From Eledone cirrhosa (taxonomy: Eukaryota): a stretch of 64,000 bases of DNA. The stretch covers positions 14,570,001-14,634,000 of the forward strand of contig OZ024761.1 of the NCBI GenBank assembly GCA_964016885.1, read 5' to 3'. The translations under genes were made by a program, and so were the position numbers. How positions within the stretch are numbered: the first letter of the stretch is position 1; each line of letters begins with the position of its first letter. Under the pieces are notes generated by a model. That model did no database searches and had not been told where the DNA came from. It was given only the letters and a program-made list of their open reading frames with translations. This document shows positions 14,302-27,739 of this stretch, piece by piece.

Positions 14302-14463
14302 TATAGAGAGAGAAAAAGAGAGACAGAGAGAGAGAGAGAAAGTGAGGGAGAGAAAGAGAGAGAGAAGAGACCCAGCCTGGTATTGATCCAATTCCCATAA
14401 CAGTGTAAACAATTTCAGAGAACTTTCAAGAATATTTCAACAACAACAACAACAATAATAATA

Positions 14464-15280
14464 ATGGTGATGATGTTAGTGATGATGATGATGGCGGCAG
14501 TAGTGGTGATGGTGTTGGTGGTGGTAGAAGTGATAGTGTCGGTGGTGGTGATGGTGTTGGTGGAAGTGGTGATGTTGGTGATGGTGGTGGTGGAAGTGGT
14601 GATGTTGGTGTTGGTGTTGGTGGAAGTGGTGATGTTGGTGGTGGTGTTGGTGTAAGTGGTGATGTTGGTGGTGGTGGTGTTGGTGGTGGTGGTGGTGTTG
14701 GAAGTGGTGGAAGTGGTGATGTTGGTGGTGGTGTTGGTGTAAGTGATGATGTTGGTGGTGGTGGTGGTGGTGTTGGTGTTGGAAGTGGTGGAAGTGGTGA
14801 TGTTGGTGGTGGTGTTGGTGTAAGTGGTGATGTTGGTGGTGGTGGTGTTGGTGGAGGAAGTGGTGGAAGTGGTGATGTTGGTGGTGGAAGTGGTGATGTT
14901 GGTGGTGGTTGTGAAAGTGGTGATGTCGGTGGTGGTGGTGGTGGTGGTGTTGGTGGAAGTGGTGATGTTGGTGGTGGTGTTGGTGGTGGTGGAAGTGGTG
15001 ATGTCGGTGGTGTTGGTGGTGGTGGTGGTGTTGGTGGAAGTGGTGATGTCGGTGGTGGTGGTGGTGGTGGAAGTGGTGATGTTGGTGGTGGTGTTGGTGG
15101 TGGTGGTGATGGTGTTGGTGGAAGTGGTGATGTTGGTGGTGGTGCTGGCGGTGGTGAAAGCGGTGATGGTGGTAGTGGTAGTGCTGGTGGTGCTGATGGT
15201 GATGTTGGAGGTGGTGTTGGTAGTGGTTCTAGTGGTTCTTGTGGTGATGTATTTGGTGGTGGTGGTGGTGGTGGTAATGA
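14464..15280. repeat. (GGT)n-based cryptic repeat
   Basis: Recurring ggaagtggtgatgttggtggt units. Confidence 0.9.
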
Positions 15281-15459
15281 TATTACTACTACTACTACTA
15301 CTAATAATAATAATTTTAGAATGAAGTGATTTGTATTAGATTTGCATATTTTCTTTTTCTAAATTCAAGAATGGTAAAAGTGATTCCCCATTTTCACCAG
15401 AGTGTGTGTATATGTAAATAAATATACACACTCCCATATACATATAAATACATATAAAC

Positions 15460-15496
<37 letters not shown>

Positions 15497-15750
15497 CATA
15501 TACATATACATATATATATACATGTACATATATATATACATGTACATATACACACATATATTGTCCCACCCTTGCAAGCAGGGAAAAGCGGACGTAAAAT
15601 GATGATATATACACACATACACATACACATATATATATATATATACACACATATATATATACACACACATATATATATACACACATATATATATATACAT
15701 GTACATATACATATACATATATACATACACATACATATATATATATACAC

Positions 15751-15783
<33 letters not shown>

Positions 15784-16048
15784 CATACACATACAGATAT
15801 ATATGTGTATATATATATATATAGAGACAGATAGATACACACACGCACATATATATATATATATATATATATACTCACACACACTTATGACATTAATTCT
15901 ACAGAAATGGCCAGAGAACAGAATAAAGCACACAAATTATGGACGATTAAGTAGAAGAGGGAGAAGGGGAGTGAATGTAGGGAGGAGGAGAAGGAGGTAT
16001 AAGTTCTGTCAGTAATGCTTGCCCCCACCCCACCCCACCACACCCCAC

Positions 16049-16116
16049 CGAACTTCCTGATTCTGTTATATAATAATCAAGGAGATATATTGCTTTATAA
16101 CATTGGCGCCGAAGAA
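16049..16116 (-). CDS. Candidate small internal exon of the minus-strand gene
   Basis: Acceptor ttttttttttgcag, donor G/gtgggg; open only in phase 1 (LRRQCYKAIYLLDYYITESGSS). Confidence 0.3.
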
Positions 16117-17092
16117 CTGCAAAAAAAAAAGTTTTTTTCCAAGTGGGAATAAAGTGGAGAGGGTGAGGAGGCGTACAGTCAATTAAATTGACCCCTACCA
16201 TTTCCTCCACCCCCACCCCACACACAGACACAAATCCATCCCTGCTTTGCTTAGTTCCCCAACCACCACTAGCCTCACCCCAACCAACCCAATCACCTCC
16301 CAATATTTCAAAGGTGATTTATTTTAGCATAGCTGTGTGGTTTGAGTCGTTTGTTTGAAAACTACATACTTTCAGGTTCTAATCCAACGCATGGCACCGT
16401 AAGCAAGTGTCTTCTAACTACTGCTACACATTGACCAATGCCTTGTGAGTGAATCACGTAGAATGAAACTGTACAGAAGTCTGTTGTATAGGGTAGGAGA
16501 TACTCAGTCAAGTCAATGGCCAACAGGTTCCTTAGTGGTGGTGTCAAGATAAAATGCGACAACTGAAGTAGTTGGTGTTACAAATGGCATCCACCAGGAG
16601 AAACCCCCAAAATAGTTGAGAGGATTCAATTGTATCAATGGTACAACAACCTCTCTAGTGTTGGCACCACTATAAAATGCAATCAGAACATACCGTATTT
16701 CCCGGCACCAAAGACACTTCGTCCTCGAGGACACACCCTAATTTTGCTGGCGCTACCATTGCAGTCAGAACACATTTTAAAGTGGTCAGTGTTATATCGA
16801 CCCTAGTAATTGACTGGGACTTTGTTTTATCAACCCTGGAAAGATGAAAGGCAGAGTTGACCCCAGCAGGATTTGAACTCAGAAAATAAAAGGCTGTAAA
16901 ATCTTCCTTAGTCTTCCTCTACTGTGGCCTCCTTCCACTGGGATTTTTTGGCACTTCTTCACGCAACAACCATCTTCCATACACATCACATGACCATATC
17001 AGCATAGTCTTCTCGTCTGAACACTACATCTAATTCTTCTGATATCCAAGTCTTCCTCTGCTGCAGATTCCTTCCACAGGGATTTCTTGGCA

Positions 17093-17303
17093 CCCTTTAG
17101 CATTTAAACCAGCCATATCCAGTCAGAATTCTCTCACCTCTTTCTGACAAACTGGCTGTAACTGGCTGCCCTTACTTAACTTAAGGTATTGTTCTCAAAA
17201 TAAATGATATCAAAATCTCATAGATTCGATATTATTTGAGGTAAAGCCTTTACTGCGAAAATACAATAGTAAATATAGAGTAATGTAAAAGCTAAAGGGT
17301 TAA
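17093..17303. mobile_element. piggyBac-type MITE
   Basis: TIR ccctttagcattta / gctaaaggg followed by TTAA; ~210 bp; further copy at ~17567-17773. Confidence 0.8.
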
Positions 17304-17859
17304 TATATAAACCACAATCTGAAGCTTCTGTTTCATAATTAAGTTCACAGAAGGTTTTTCTATAAATTCTATGAAATTCTCTGCCATAAAAAACAAAACT
17401 GTCAAATTTAGCCATTAATCAGTATTAATCAGCTGTTATCCAGATCAATTTCATAACAACTGGTTTATTATTTCTTTGTATGTGGAGGGATGGCTTGTTT
17501 TGATATTTTTTTTATTGTTGTTTTTATATCTTTTGGGTCAGGGTGGAAGTAGCAGTATTTAATACTTTAACATTTACATTACTCTATATATACTATTATA
17601 TTTTTGTGGTAAAGGCTTTATCTCACATAATATTGAATCTACAAGATTTTGATGTTATTTATTTTGAGAACATTACCTTAACATTAGTATGAGTGGCCAG
17701 TTAGAGCCGGTTTGATCAGAAAGAGATGAGAGAATTCTGGCCGAATATGGCCAGCTTAAATGCTAAAGAGTTAAAAAAAAAATGTGTATTGAGGTTTGTC
17801 ATCAAATACATAAACGCACACACACACATACATACATACACATATATACATAAGGTGGT

Positions 17860-18650
17860 CATGCTGGTAATATGATAAAATGTACCCATCCCACTCGGTA
17901 ATGTTGTAGTGCTGGTGCTATGATAAAATGCATCCAGTACACTCAGTAAAATGGTTGTATTAGTGCCACAATAAAATACACCCAGTACACTCTGTAAAGT
18001 GGTTGTGTTGGTGCCATGATAAAATACACCCAGTACACTGTCATGTTGTAGTTCTGGTGCCACGATAAAATACACCCAGTACACTCTGTAAAGTGGTTGT
18101 GATGGTGCCACGATAAAATACACCCAGCACAGTGTTATCAATAATGATGACAATAGCATGGAGTGTATTTAATTTTTGGTAAGCTTTCTATGACTGGATG
18201 TCCTTCCTATCACCAAACACTTTACATCGCGTACTGGGTGTTTTTATTGAGTACATCACCAGCACTAGATAGGTTGTCGTGCCATTAACACAACTGGAAG
18301 GTCCTCTTAATTCTTAGTTTGGCAAGCTTTCTGAGGCTGGATGTCCTTCCTATGACCAACCGCTTTACAGCATGTACTGGGAGCTTTTATCATGTAGATC
18401 ACCAGTACTAGAGTGGTTATCACATCCTTGACACAACTTGAGGGTCTTGACAAACCTTTGTTTGGCAAGCTTTCTGCGGCTGGATGTCCTTTTTATCACC
18501 AACCAATTTATAGAATGTACTGGGTGCTTTTATTGTGTCTATCACCAGTACTAGAGAGGTTGTCACATCTTTGACACAACCCTATTTCTGGCAAGCTTTC
18601 TATAGCTGGATGCCGTTTCTATCACCAACTGCTTTACAGAGTGTACTGTT
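17860..18650 (-). repeat. Tandemly iterated pieces of the SINE-B/RTE 3' module
   Basis: ~40-bp gtgccacgataaaatacacccagtacactctgtaaagtggtt units, then ~140-bp units with ggcaagctttct..ggctggatgtccttcc. Confidence 0.65.
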
Positions 18651-18720
18651 TGTGAGTGTAAATTTGAAAGTGTTACAGATGGAGATCTATATAAATATAC
18701 AAACACACGTGGTAGCATAC

Positions 18721-18774
18721 TATAGTTGGTGGCTACGTTTGGCACCGGAAGCTGATATAACCAAAATACTTGCG
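18721..18774 (-). CDS. Candidate 54-nt exon of the minus-strand gene
   Basis: Acceptor tctgtacttattacag, donor gtatgc; open in phase 1 (QVFWLYQLPVPNVATNY) and phase 2; unique sequence. Confidence 0.35.
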
Positions 18775-19056
18775 CTGTAATAAGTACAGAACCAGAAAGA
18801 AATGGATAAGAGTTTGTACTGCTTCAAAGACTACAAACATTTTCCATCTAAAAATTTAATTAAAATTCAACTTGGCGTAATGGTTTTAATTGAACTCATA
18901 ATTGCTAATTAATGAAAAGTGATGCCGATGGTGATGATGATGGTGGTGGTAATGGTGGTAGTGGTGATGGTGGTGGTGGTTGTGATGATGATGATGGTGA
19001 TGATGATGGTGATGGTGATGATTATAATGATAGTGGTGATGATGTATACATATATA

Positions 19057-19419
19057 CAGTTGTTGCGTCCACCTCCCCGCTACCCCCCCCCCCCCCAGGA
19101 TTTGCAGGGGTTAGGTTCATAGAGCTCCCGTTATTAAGAGTGAAAGCCCGCAAAATATTGGACATGGTCCATAAAAATGTCTATAAACGTCAAAATATAA
19201 TGTAAAATATAGGCCAGCAAATATGGTATATTGTTATTAATAATTTAGCATTAAAAAGTGTGAAAAAATATATATTGCCACAAAAAAAGCCATTAAAAAA
19301 TCGCAGGAGATATTTACGATTCTGTGAATATGTGGCGATTTCCACGAATAATTATTAGTTAGGTTCTAAGGAAAATTCCATGAATAACCGGAACCGCGAA
19401 TGCCAGGGGGTACACTGTA
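19057..19419. mobile_element. Tc1/mariner (Tigger-like) MITE
   Basis: ta-cagt...actg-ta ends within TA runs; right end ccgcgaatgccagggggtacactg; left TIR degenerate. Confidence 0.6.
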
Positions 19420-19624
19420 TATATATATATGCATATATGTGTGTGTACGTGTGTGTGTATATATAATCATCATCATTGCCATCACATCTATGTTCATTTT
19501 TCCATGCTTGCATGGATTGGATGGGACTTTTACAGCATAGCATCTCTCCATACATTGCCTTCTTTATCATAAACTCTGTGAGTCTCAGCAATTCTGCCAA
19601 TCCACTGCCCTCAATATATAAAAA

Positions 19625-20597
19625 TAATGGGTTCTGATTTAGGCACAAGGCCAACAATTTGGGGTGGGAAGTCAAATCCACCCCAGTTTGTAACCAGTGC
19701 TTTATTTTATCGACACCCAGTAAGGATGAAAGGCAAAGCTAACCTTGGCAGGGTTTGAATTCAGAATGCTTAAGAGCCAGAACAAATACTGTTAGACATT
19801 TTTTCATAATAATTGTTTCTACTTTTGGCACAAGGCCAGCAATTACTCCCATAAGGATGAAAGGCAAAGTTAACCTCAGCAGGATTTGAACTCAGAATGT
19901 CAAGGCTCATAACTCTGTGCTGCAAAGCATGGTGTCATAAAAATAATGATGATTTCATTTTTTCATAATAATTGCTTCTACTTTTGGCACAAGGCCAGCA
20001 ATTACCCAGTGCATTACTGGTACTCTATTTTAGCGACCCCGTAAGGATGAAAGGTAAAGTTAACCTCTGCGGGATTTGAACTCAGAATGGCAAGGACCGT
20101 AACTCTATGCGTCAAAGCAAGGCGCCCGACCCTCTACCGATACTGCCAATCCTCCGCCCTCGTTTTTTCATAATAATAATAATGATTTCTACTATAGATA
20201 GGCACAAGACCAGCAATTTGGGAGAAGGGTAAAGTCAATTAAATCGACCCCAGTGCATTACTGGTGCTTTATTTTATCGACCCCATAAGGATGAAAGGCA
20301 AAGCTAACCTCGGCGGGATTTGAACTTAGAACGTAAATGGCCATAACTCTGTGCCGCGAAGCATGGTGTCCGACGCTCTGACAACACACTGCCCTCAAAA
20401 TAATTGTTTCTACTTTAGGCACAAGGCCAGCAATTATCCCAGTGCATTACTGGTACTTTATTTTATCGACCCCGTAAGGATGAACGGCAAAGTCAACCTC
20501 GGCGGGATTTGAACTCAGATCGTAAAGGGACGTAACTCTATGCTGGAAAGCATGGAGTCCGACCCTCTACCGATACTGCCAGTCCACACTGCCCTCA
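19625..20597 (-). mobile_element. Cluster of about five tandem SINE family A copies
   Basis: Repeated ggcacaaggccagcaatt...aaggatgaaaggcaaag...ggatttgaactcaga; ttttttcataataat recurs at junctions. Confidence 0.88.
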
Positions 20598-20880
20598 AAA
20601 TAATAACAACAAATCAGGATGCAAGCGGGACCTAAACTAAATACAGCAAGGCATATGTATTTGTCTGCTGTTCCACTGATTCTGTTGATCAACTGCCCTC
20701 CCCCTCCCCTCCACTCCTCCTCTCCCATCCCCACCCTCACTCCCACCATCTACAGTCCCGTGTGAAGTCTGCAACATGTGACAGGCACATCACTGTTGCA
20801 CAGTTTATCAAATAGTGAAAGGGTGCTGCAACTACAAACGCACATGAAAGATGCACTGCTCTGTTGCAATGCAGTATAGG

Positions 20881-20959
<79 letters not shown>

Positions 20960-21083
20960 TGCATGCTCATGTGAATAATGTCTATATGCGTGTGTGTGTA
21001 TATATATATATATATATATGTATGTATTAATGTATATATACATACACATATACATATATATACACATATACACATATATATAT

Positions 21084-21119
<36 letters not shown>

Positions 21120-21204
21120 TCACACACATACATACATATATACACACACACATATATATATACACACACACATACATATATATATACACACACACACATG
21201 CATA

Positions 21205-21242
<38 letters not shown>

Positions 21243-21286
21243 CACACACACATACATATATATATATACACACACATACATATATA

Positions 21287-21318
<32 letters not shown>

Positions 21319-21429
21319 CACACACACACACATATATATATACACACACACATATATATACACACACACACACACATATATATACACACACATATATACA
21401 CACACACACACATACACACACACACACAT

Positions 21430-21482
<53 letters not shown>

Positions 21483-21519
21483 TATATATACACACACATA
21501 TATATACACACACACATAC

Positions 21520-21569
<50 letters not shown>

Positions 21570-21585
21570 AGAGAGAGAGAGAGAG

Positions 21586-21695
21586 AGAAATGGCTTCTAC
21601 AGGTCCAGAACTGTTTCATTCAAAGGAAATCATCAGGGGCTTTCCTGATGATTTCCTTCGATTGAAACAGTTCTCGTCCTACAGAAGCCATTTCT
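21586..21695. mobile_element. Short foldback with hammerhead-like motif in each arm
   Basis: agaaatggcttct...aaggaaatcatcagg / cctgatgatttcctt...agaagccatttct; CTGATGA 21645-21651, GAAAC 21664-21668. Confidence 0.65.
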
Positions 21696-21737
21696 ATATT
21701 AGATATTTTATATACTCTACTATGTATTGAGTACCTT

Positions 21738-21770
21738 ACTAGCTGTGGTTACCCCCGATTGAAGCCGGGT
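21738..21770 (-). mobile_element. Helitron-like 3' terminus
   Basis: On minus: cccg-gcttcaat-cggg hairpin, 11 nt, then CTAG/T. Confidence 0.45.
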
Positions 21771-21775
21771 TACAG

Positions 21776-21830
<55 letters not shown>

Positions 21831-21964
21831 TATATGTGAAATTTAGAAGAAACAAGGGGCTGTCTGGTTATTTGACAAAGTGTATTTAGAAATAAAAGGA
21901 AAGCACAAAAACAAGGGACAGTCCCTTCTTCAGTTGTCTGCTGGAGTCACTGACATTTCAACGC

Positions 21965-22083
<119 letters not shown>

Positions 22084-22084
22084 T

Positions 22085-22510
22085 CACAAAAGAAGGGGCA
22101 AATACAAAGGGGGAAGTTTACATACAATAAAAACGTGTAAAATACTATCACAAAGGCAATTTAAAAATTAGTCGATTTTCCACAATAAGGGGAGACATTA
22201 CATATGGGTAACACATACCCCAGAAAAAAAAATGTGCAACCCTCATCTTCAGGAGTACGAAGAGTGAGTATCCCCCCCTTCCTCTCTTCCTCTTTTTCCT
22301 CAACCTACAGGCTGATATAGAGAGAAGGCCCATTCACTCGGGCCATTCTCGCCACTTTCACCCACCTTTCATAAAACTTGATAGATAGATATGTTTCTTT
22401 ATTAGCCACAGGGGCACAAAAGAAGGGGACAAATACAAAGGGGGAAGTTTACATACAATAAAAACGTGTAAAATGTTATCACAAATGCAATTTTAAAAAA
22501 TTAGTCGATT
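22085..22510 (-). mobile_element. Two Tx1-like 3' fragments at (GATA)n
   Basis: Reverse complement of 38505-38812; gatagata tracts at 22380 and 22510. Confidence 0.7.
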
Positions 22511-22859
22511 GATAGATAGATAGATAGATAGATAGGTATGTACATATATATATATGGGGGAATCTAGGTATGTGTGTGTTTATGTGAAAAATGTGCGAAA
22601 GTGTATGTAAATGTATGTGTATGTATATACATTTGTAAACATATGTGTATGTTTGAGTTTATGTAAGTATGCATATTTGTAAATACACATATATATACAT
22701 GTGTGTGTGTGTGTATGTGTTATGTACGCATGTTTAATGAAATACGTAAAATAAAAACTAGCACACCATCAAAACAAACTGCCTTGTTGTTATTGATGAT
22801 GATGATGATGACTACGAGGACGACGACGATATTATTTACGTTGACGATAATTACGACGA

Positions 22860-23300
22860 TAATAATTCAGACGATGAAAATTCTGACGATGAAAATTTGT
22901 ATGATGAAAATTCTAACGATGATAATTCTGACTATGATAATTCTGACGATGAAAATTCTAACGATGACAATTCTGACGATGAAAATTCTAACGATGTTAA
23001 TCTTGACGATGAAAATTCTAATGATGACAATTCTGACGATGAAAATTCTAACGATGTTAATCTTGACGATGAAAATTCTAACGATGAAAATTCTAACGAT
23101 GATAATTCTGACGATGAAAATTCTGACGATGATAATTCTAACGATGATAATTCAGACGATGACAATTATGACGATGATAATTCAGACGATGAAAATTCAG
23201 ACGATGATAATTCTGACGATGAAAATTCTAACGATGAAAATTCTAACGATGAAAATTCTAACGATGATAATTCAGACGATGACAATTCCGACGGCGACGA
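22860..23300. repeat. 15-bp minisatellite (gacgatgaaaattct)
   Basis: About 28 units read directly. Confidence 0.92.
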
Positions 23301-23924
23301 TGCTATTGGCAATAAAGGCGACGATGATGACGATATAATAATAATATAATAATCATTTCTTTATTATTGTTACAAAGACAATAGGTGAAGGAGAGAGATA
23401 CATTAGACAGGTGACAATGTGTATATGCGTAGTGTGTTGCGTGTGTGTGTGTGACGTGATGTTTGTGTGTGTGATGTATGTCTATGTGTGGGGTGTATGT
23501 GTGTGTGTCGAGTGCGAGGTGTGCTGTATGTGTGTGGGGTGTATGTGTGTGGAGTGCGAGGTATGATGTATGTTTATGTGTGGTGTGTATGTGTGTCTAT
23601 GGGTGGTGTGTATGTGTGTAGAGTGCGAGGTGTGATGTGTGTGTGATGTGTGTCTATGTGTAGTGTGTATGTGTGTGGAATGCGAGGTGTATTGTATGTG
23701 TGCGTGTGATGTATGTGTAGTGTGTATGTGTGTGGAATGCGAGGTGTGTTGTATGTGTGTGACGTGTGTGGTGTAGACGAAAACAATGATGATTAAGACA
23801 ACGGCGACGATGACAATAGTGATGATGGTGGTGGTAATGGCGATGATGGCGATGGTGGTAATAGTAATGATGGCGGTGGGGATGGCGGTGGTGGTAATAG
23901 TGATGGTGAGGGTGATGTCATCGA

Positions 23925-24406
23925 TACAGCGGCATTTAGTTACATCCCTTTTCTGTTCTGAATTCAAATGTCGTCGAAGACAACTTTGCTTTTCATCCTC
24001 TGAGGATGGTTGAGGGAGGGGGGGGGATATCAAGATAAAGTACCAGTAACGCACTGGGGCTCGATTTAATCGACTTTCCCCTCCCCTCGTCAAATTGTTG
24101 ACCTTGTGCCCTACGTTCTAAGTTCAAATCTTGCCAAAGTTAACTTTGCCTTTCATCCTTACGGGGTCGATACATTAGAGCACCAGTAACGTACTGGATC
24201 GATTTAATAGACCCACCCGCCCCACCCCACCCAAAAAAATTACTGGCCTTGTGCCTATGCTTTGCAGCATATAGTTATGGCCCTTTACGTTCTGAGTTCA
24301 AATCCCGCCGAGGTTAACTTTGCCTTTCATCCTTACGGGGGTCGATAAAATAAAGTACCAGTAATGCACTGGGGTAATTGCTGGCCTTGTGCTTAAAGTA
24401 GAAACC

Positions 24407-24410
<4 letters not shown>
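23925..24410 (+). mobile_element. Cluster of three partial SINE family A copies with (TTA)n tail
   Basis: gttcaaat B boxes and gcctttcatccttacgggg core. Confidence 0.85.
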
Positions 24411-24445
<35 letters not shown>

Positions 24446-24574
24446 GAAAATGCCGTTCGATGTTTCGTGATTTATCTGGTATCATGTGTCATCGTTGAAA
24501 TAGTAACTACAATATCAATACTTAGGTCCCTGACCTTATAACACACACAAACCCTTGACTGCATGGCTTATAGA

Positions 24575-24652
<78 letters not shown>

Positions 24653-24731
24653 TTATAAGGGTGAAAGCAGCGATTCTTTGCTTAAACTTTAATCTGTTAT
24701 TTTAATAAATATATATATATATATGTGTATG

Positions 24732-24771
<40 letters not shown>

Positions 24772-24844
24772 CACAATAATCGAAACTTATGTGAGGTCAC
24801 TGTATAATACGTACACAATTATCAAAAATACATACGTGTCTCTT

Positions 24845-24927
<83 letters not shown>

Positions 24928-25111
24928 TATATACACACACATATATATACACACACACATCTACACACACATCTACACACACACACATATACATACATAT
25001 ATATATATAAGTATGCATATATGTATGTGTGTGTGTGTTATATATATATCAGAGAGAGGTGTCAAAACAAGAAAACAAACAGCTATGTTATTCAGATCAA
25101 GGATAATACCT

Positions 25112-25198
<87 letters not shown>

Positions 25199-25200
<2 letters not shown>

Positions 25201-25761
25201 GGTGGCTGCCAACTCGTTTTCGAGTACGGCCACTACTTCATATCCATGTAGGAGAACCCCAACCGATGCACTGAACGAGTGCGACTTTTTAGTCCAGCCA
25301 GCGACTTGAAAACTCTGGTACAAACACTACACTTGTGACAATTATTGACACATAGTGCTGGGCCCATGGTACCATGTGACGGCAAGTGCAGAGAGATCTC
25401 CAGATATAAAGCAATGCCTGTGCCGTGAAGCTTTTATAGTGAGCAAAGGCACTGCACAAAGCCAGTCCCACTCTCTAAACCAAGATGATATTTACCAAAA
25501 AGAAGAACAAGTCAACATCATTGGATACCATCAGGGTTGCAGGTGTTACATCAGAGTTTTCCTTCTCCTATAATTCTGCCTTGACAAAGGCTAAGGGGTC
25601 ATCTCTCCCGGTGATTTTGGATGGCCATTGACTCTTAAGAGCTCTTTTGCCCTTTGACAGGTTTTGTTTTTAGTCCTGCAGGATGTCCAAAGTCACCCTC
25701 CTCACCAAGAAACCTTGGTGGGGTTTCCAGTTCAGTTGCCAATGACTCGACCATGAGACAG
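25199..25761 (-). mobile_element. Non-autonomous RTE-derived element, copy 3
   Basis: Near identical to copies 1 and 2, in (TA)n on both sides. Confidence 0.75.
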
Positions 25762-25767
25762 TATGTA

Positions 25768-25809
<42 letters not shown>

Positions 25810-25900
25810 CATACACTCTCTCTCTCTATCTATCTATCTATATCTCTCTTTCTATCTCTTAGCCTTCATATCTCACTTCACTAAAGAGTCCATACATTAG

Positions 25901-25943
25901 CTGTACTGATGAAATATAACAATATTGAAACAAGCTACTGTAG
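25901..25943 (+). ncRNA. Hammerhead-like core
   Basis: CTGATGA-aatat-aaca-atatt-GAAAC with perfect 5-bp stem II; cleavage triplet/stem I unclear. Confidence 0.45.
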
Positions 25944-26050
25944 ACTATGGCAACAACACAACAATAGAGAATGTGTATATGTATATATGGAATTGTAACT
26001 ATTGATGGAGTTGTAGGCATGCCATAGTGACATACTGTGTCTTGGGAACG

Positions 26051-26279
26051 TTAATCCTTTAGCATTTAAACCGGCCGTATCTGGCCAGAATTCTCTCGCC
26101 TCTTTCTGTTCAAACCCGCTGTAATCAGCTGCTCAAACTGAAGTTAAGGTATTGTTCTCAAAATAAATGATATCAAAATCTTGTAGATTCGATATTATGA
26201 GAGATATTTATGTGAAATAAAGCCTTTACCGTGAAAATATAATAGCATATATAGAGTAATGTAAATTCTAAAGGGTTAA
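26051..26279. mobile_element. piggyBac-type MITE
   Basis: TTAA-tcctttagcattta ... taaattctaaaggg-TTAA. Confidence 0.8.
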
Positions 26280-27198
26280 ACACCTGATGAAGCAGATCTC
26301 CTATCGAAGTCTGAACACAGCCAATTTCTTCCAGAGATAGAGAGAGGAAGAACTGACACAGTACTTGACTGGTACATTTGTATTGATGTTGAAAAGATAA
26401 AAGGTAAAATTGACTTTGGTGTGTTTTGACCTCAGAGCAGAGAGAGATGGAATGAATACCATAAATCATTCTATCCAACGTACTAACAACTCTGGAAATT
26501 TACTGCCCTATAAGCACTCTATCAAACAAGCAAATAGAGCTCAAAATGAACAGATCCTGGCCAGCACAAAAAGAAGAAATCTTGTGGACCCTTGTACTCA
26601 TTTACAACTAACTGCGTACTCTTGGTCACTGGCTGAGAAGCCCACAAGAGACAAGCAGCCCACCACTATATGTCTTATACTTTACAATGCAAGGCCAAAA
26701 CCAGAGGTAACCCATGCTTAACACATGTAAAAAAAAAAAAAACTTATACAAGATTCCACTAGCCTTAGCGTGATTCAAAAATATCAATGTGTGATGGAAA
26801 ATAAAGACAAAAAAAACCCAAGCTATTTTCACTAAACAGTAGAAGAGAGAGAGAGACAGACAGAGAGAGAGGAAGAGAGAGAGAGAGGAAAAGAGTGGGA
26901 GATGATATCTCATATCCATGATATAAAATACAACATTAAATGACAGAAAAAAAAATAGAGCCTATTGTGAATCACAAAATTGAAATATGATGACATTTGC
27001 CCTAATTTCCAACAAAAAAAAAAAAGAGCTTTTAGTTGTTGATCAGTGGTGGGACATGGCTATCATCATCACCATTTAACCCTTTAGTTACCAACCCAGC
27101 CATAACCAGCTTTGGTTCTATGAAATAAAACCATCCATTTTAAAGGTTTCCAATTTAAATTAAAATCTTCCAATATAATTTTATATAAGAACCTTCTA

Positions 27199-27424
27199 TT
27201 AACCCTTTAGCATTTACATTACTCTATATATACTATTGTATTTTTGTGGTAAAGGCTTTATCTTACATAATTATCTCACATAATATTGAAGCTATGAGAT
27301 TTTGATATTTATTTTGAGAACAATACTTTAACATCAGTATAAGCGGCCGGTTACAGCCAGTTTGAACAGAAAGAGGTGAGAAAATTCAGGCCGGATAAGG
27401 CCAGTTTATATACTAAAGGTTTAA
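27199..27424. mobile_element. piggyBac-type MITE, adjacent to/nested in a related ttaaccc element starting at ~27077
   Basis: TTAA-ccctttagcattta ... ctaaaggt-TTAA. Confidence 0.78.
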
Positions 27425-27739
27425 GTTATTATCTTACTAAAGAAATAATTAATAATTTAAGTAAATCCCTAAAAATATTTTCGTTAGTTAAAATAAAGTG
27501 TATTTTATTAGAAATGCTGTCATAAAAGAATTGTTTGCTTTTCCTTGCTAGCAAGGGTTGGACAGGTCTTCACAGATTCACTCTGAGGCCTACATCTTGC
27601 TTACATATATTCTCACACTCTACCAAATGTATTTTATTGAGGCCACAGCACTAGGATCCTCAACAAGTCCTATTTTCTCTAACATTACAACATTACAAGA
27701 CAACACCACGACCAGTGCTACTCTCTCTAACATCACAAC

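Larger units (their letters stand above)
9445..14305. repeat. Large degenerate (TA)n/(TACA)n field interrupted by retroelement inserts
   Basis: Direct reading; catactata/cataccata subunits in 10850-13535. Confidence 0.95.

Noticed and set aside
22897-23349. Acidic (DDENS)n ORF resembling a biomineral protein
   Set aside because: 15-bp minisatellite open in multiple frames; no exon signals found
26283-26312. ctgatga...cgaag possible hammerhead
   Set aside because: No GAAA box and no convincing stem II
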